Positions 61,131-64,000 of a stretch of 64,000 bases of DNA are shown here, piece by piece. The DNA comes from Gammaproteobacteria bacterium (GTDB taxonomy: Bacteria > Pseudomonadota > Gammaproteobacteria > Ga0077536). The stretch spans positions 736,001 through 800,000 of the forward strand of contig CAXXLL010000003.1 of NCBI GenBank assembly GCA_963662545.2, read 5' to 3'. A program made the translations under genes and the position numbers. Numbering within the stretch: the stretch's first letter is position 1; each line of letters starts with the position of its first letter. The notes beneath the pieces were generated by a model, which made no database searches, was not told the DNA's origin, and saw only the letters and a list, made by a program, of their open reading frames with translations.

Positions 61131-62003
61131 TTATAAACCCATGAGGTGTGCGATACCACAGCCACGCATCACTGCGAGGTCGTCCTGACGGTCCCTGAAG
61201 TACTGGTGATCAAGGTCGGCGTCGGAAATAATGCTCACGACTTCGAAACCTGCGGTTTTCGCAAGACCCTCAATATCCGCGGGTGATTGAAATGATACAT
61301 ACGGTTCGCCGAGGCGTGCCGTATACGCACACGTCGAATCGTAAACATCCCGATAGGCCAGATCGACACATTCTTCGGGAACCAAGAAATCGAAAATGAC
61401 TTCGCTTTTCGGTTCCGCCACCTTCGCAATCGAGCCAAGCACATTCGAAATGGCGCCATTCGTCAAATAATAGATAACGCCCAGCCACGAAAAGAACGTT
61501 GGCACACTGCAATCAAACGACGTCCGCTTGAGACAGTCGTCGATAGTTTCTTCTTCGAAATCGATCGGCACCAGTTCCAGGCATTCCGGTAAAGAATAGT
61601 TGTTCTTCTTAATCCTTTCCCGTTTCAAGGACTGCGTGTCGGGGTGATCAAGTTCGAATATACGGACGTTTTTCAACCACTGGGGATTTCTAAGCGCCAC
61701 GGAGTCGAATCCTGCACCGAGCTGCACGAACTGCGTACCTCCTGCCGCCACGAAAGCTTCGAGCTTGTATTCGGCTATATGGCTTCTGGCAAGAATCCAA
61801 CCGTGCACCGGACGCAGATGACCGAATTTTTTGCGGATGACCAGCCAGTGCAGCAGCTTATTTCGGCACACCAGTCTCCAAGCCGGGCTGGTCATTTCAA
61901 TGGCAAGAGGATCTGAAAACACGAGCGGACTGTCGTGTAGAAAATGGCTTGCGCGGATGGCAGCCGTAACTTCCGCGGTTCTACTGTGAAATCCTGGTCT
62001 CAA
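61131..62003 (-). CDS. Class I SAM-dependent methyltransferase (leucine-carboxyl-methyltransferase/TIGR00027 type)
   Basis: SRTA..AAIRA, QFVQLGAGFDS, IFELDHPDTQSLK, TFFSWLGVIYYL. Confidence 0.92.
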   Translation of the reverse strand: MRPGFHSRTAEVTAAIRASHFLHDSPLVFSDPLAIEMTSPAWRLVCRNKLLHWLVIRKKFGHLRPVHGWILARSHIAEYKLEAFVAAGGTQFVQLGAGFDSVALRNPQWLKNVRIFELDHPDTQSLKRERIKKNNYSLPECLELVPIDFEEETIDDCLKRTSFDCSVPTFFSWLGVIYYLTNGAISNVLGSIAKVAEPKSEVIFDFLVPEECVDLAYRDVYDSTCAYTARLGEPYVSFQSPADIEGLAKTAGFEVVSIISDADLDHQYFRDRQDDLAVMRGCGIAHLMGL

Positions 62004-62074
62004 CTTTCGTCCCGTAATGCAGTGTCATTGCCGAAAAATGCACTTCGCCCCCGGGGCTCAATGCGTCGGCGGAG

Positions 62075-62131
62075 TGATCGAGTAAATAGCTATGCCAAGC
62101 TAACGGGCATAAGGGCCCGCGGCCCATCAAT
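62075..62131. repeat. 57-bp direct repeat, copy 1
   Basis: tgatcgagtaaatagctatgccaagctaacgggcataagggcccgcggcccatcaat, identical to 62664-62720. Confidence 0.95.
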
Positions 62132-62329
62132 GGAGGCGAGTTGGCGATGGAGAACGATTTTTTATCCACAGTGCTCGGGCGCGACCGATGAGCGAGCGCC
62201 GGCAACAAATTCACACAGCGCATAAGGTGCGGTCGTGGCATCAGCTCACCGTCCCGAGCCGGTCAGCCAGATCTGATACAATCGACGAGATCCATGGATT
62301 TCGTGGCTGGTCCAGATGGATTTTGTATT

Positions 62330-62663
62330 TCCGGGAAGGGACACAAGATCTACCCGTGCGCGAGGAACCAGGTCTTCGCTACCTCCCGATGGCCAGAGGG
62401 ATGTACCTGGTGGCCCGGGAGGCGCTGGAAGAGGCCCTGCAGCGTTTCGGCGCGCCGGAAATCTTCAACACCGATCAGGGGTCCCAGTTTACCTCCGAGG
62501 CGTTCACCGGCGTACTCAAAGACCAGGGCATCAAGATCAGCATGGATGGCAAGGGGCGCTGGGACGTGTTCGTTGAACGGCTCTGGCGCAGCGTGAAATA
62601 TGAGGACGTATACTTACGCGCCTATGCAACGCCAACCGAGCTTCGTGTCGGATTGGACCGCTT
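62330..62663 (+). pseudogene. IS3 family transposase (integrase core) remnant
   Basis: PEIFNTDQGSQFTS..ISMDGKGRWDVFVERLWRSVKYEDVYL, with internal deletions; left boundary approximate. Confidence 0.85.
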
Positions 62664-62720
62664 TGATCGAGTAAATAGCTATGCCAAGCTAACGGGCATA
62701 AGGGCCCGCGGCCCATCAAT
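62664..62720. repeat. 57-bp direct repeat, copy 2
   Basis: Identical to 62075-62131. Confidence 0.95.
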
Positions 62721-63010
62721 CTGAGCGCATAGCGGTCGATCACTCAACCTTCTACAAATGGATTTCGGGCTGGTCCTTGTTTAACCCGGTGCGCAGGAAT
62801 TCGAGACCCGGCGAGCTTTAAAAAAGCGCATCGCGATGTCGTAAATCCTTACGCTTTATTATTGTTATCTGCCTTATTTAGCGCAGATGCTTACTAGAGT
62901 ATAGGTGCTTGATTATGGATATTGAATGGCCCCTCACCGATATTGAGTATTCGACGGTCGAAAATTGCTTTCAGTCCAAAGCCTCGGTGCCGGTTTGCGC
63001 GCTCTCCAGG

Positions 63011-63045
63011 CAAAAAAAATCCCCGAGCCGACAGCTGGGGGATCT
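63011..63045 (-). terminator. rRNA operon terminator
   Basis: Minus strand hairpin atcccc..ggggat followed by T-run, just 3' of 5S. Confidence 0.75.
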
Positions 63046-63056
63046 TAGTCATTTAA

Positions 63057-63174
63057 TGCCTGGCAATGACCTACTTTCGCATGGTGGATTCCACACTATC
63101 ATCGGCGCTGAGCAGTTTCACTTCTGAGTTCGAAATGGTGCCAGGTGGTTCCAACTCGCTATTATCGCCAGGCA
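63057..63174 (-). rRNA. rrf: 5S rRNA
   Basis: Reverse complement TGCCTGGCGATAATAGCGAGTTGGAACCACC...GAACTCAGAAGTGAAAC...AGTAGGTCATTGCCAGGCA. Confidence 0.97.
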
Positions 63175-63318
63175 AACTGGTTTTGCGGCAGTTCGCAGAG
63201 CAGGGGCCATAGAATGCACTGGCTTCTATAGCCTTACTCTGCCTCTTTCTACCGCAGTGTTCGGATTAGTCGTTTAGGCTTCATTTACATTCAGCCTGAC
63301 AAAACGCTTGAGCGTTAT

Positions 63319-64000
<682 letters not shown>

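Noticed and set aside
62075-62720. Possible CRISPR array from the 57-bp repeats
   Set aside because: Only two copies, 589 bp apart, with an IS fragment between them; no cas genes in the window

Overview
A GC-rich gammaproteobacterial chromosomal region ending in the 3' part of an rRNA operon (23S-5S, minus strand). From left to right: (i) an exbB-exbD-exbD-vWA operon downstream of an RND/MMPL-BNR-DUF1302 lipophilic-substrate transport module and a TetR regulator; (ii) a five-gene acetophenone-carboxylase-like (apcABCDE) operon; (iii) an SSS symporter and a DUF222/HNH gene with a near-perfect LexA box, facing tRNA-Thr(TGT); (iv) housekeeping genes birA, coaX, SPOR, cysB, metY and fabY, two FHA proteins, an H4MPT-type DHPS-like gene, and a candidate sigma54-driven sRNA next to a 166-bp MITE; (v) a ~13-kb co-directional 12-gene envelope cluster (TonB-C protein, lipoproteins, TPR, PEGA-FGE, MotA/TolQ, degenerate Hsp70/actin-fold protein, two ExbD/MotB-TM-coiled-coil-vWA proteins) that looks like an uncharacterised proton-motive-force-driven envelope machine; (vi) a low-GC island with a NarL-type regulator, an RpfC-like hybrid kinase cleanly interrupted by an ISL3 and an IS4, a diiron-type 'metal-dependent hydrolase' and a carboxyl methyltransferase (candidate signalling cassette), plus IS remnants. 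All family calls come from motif recognition by eye; no searches were run.
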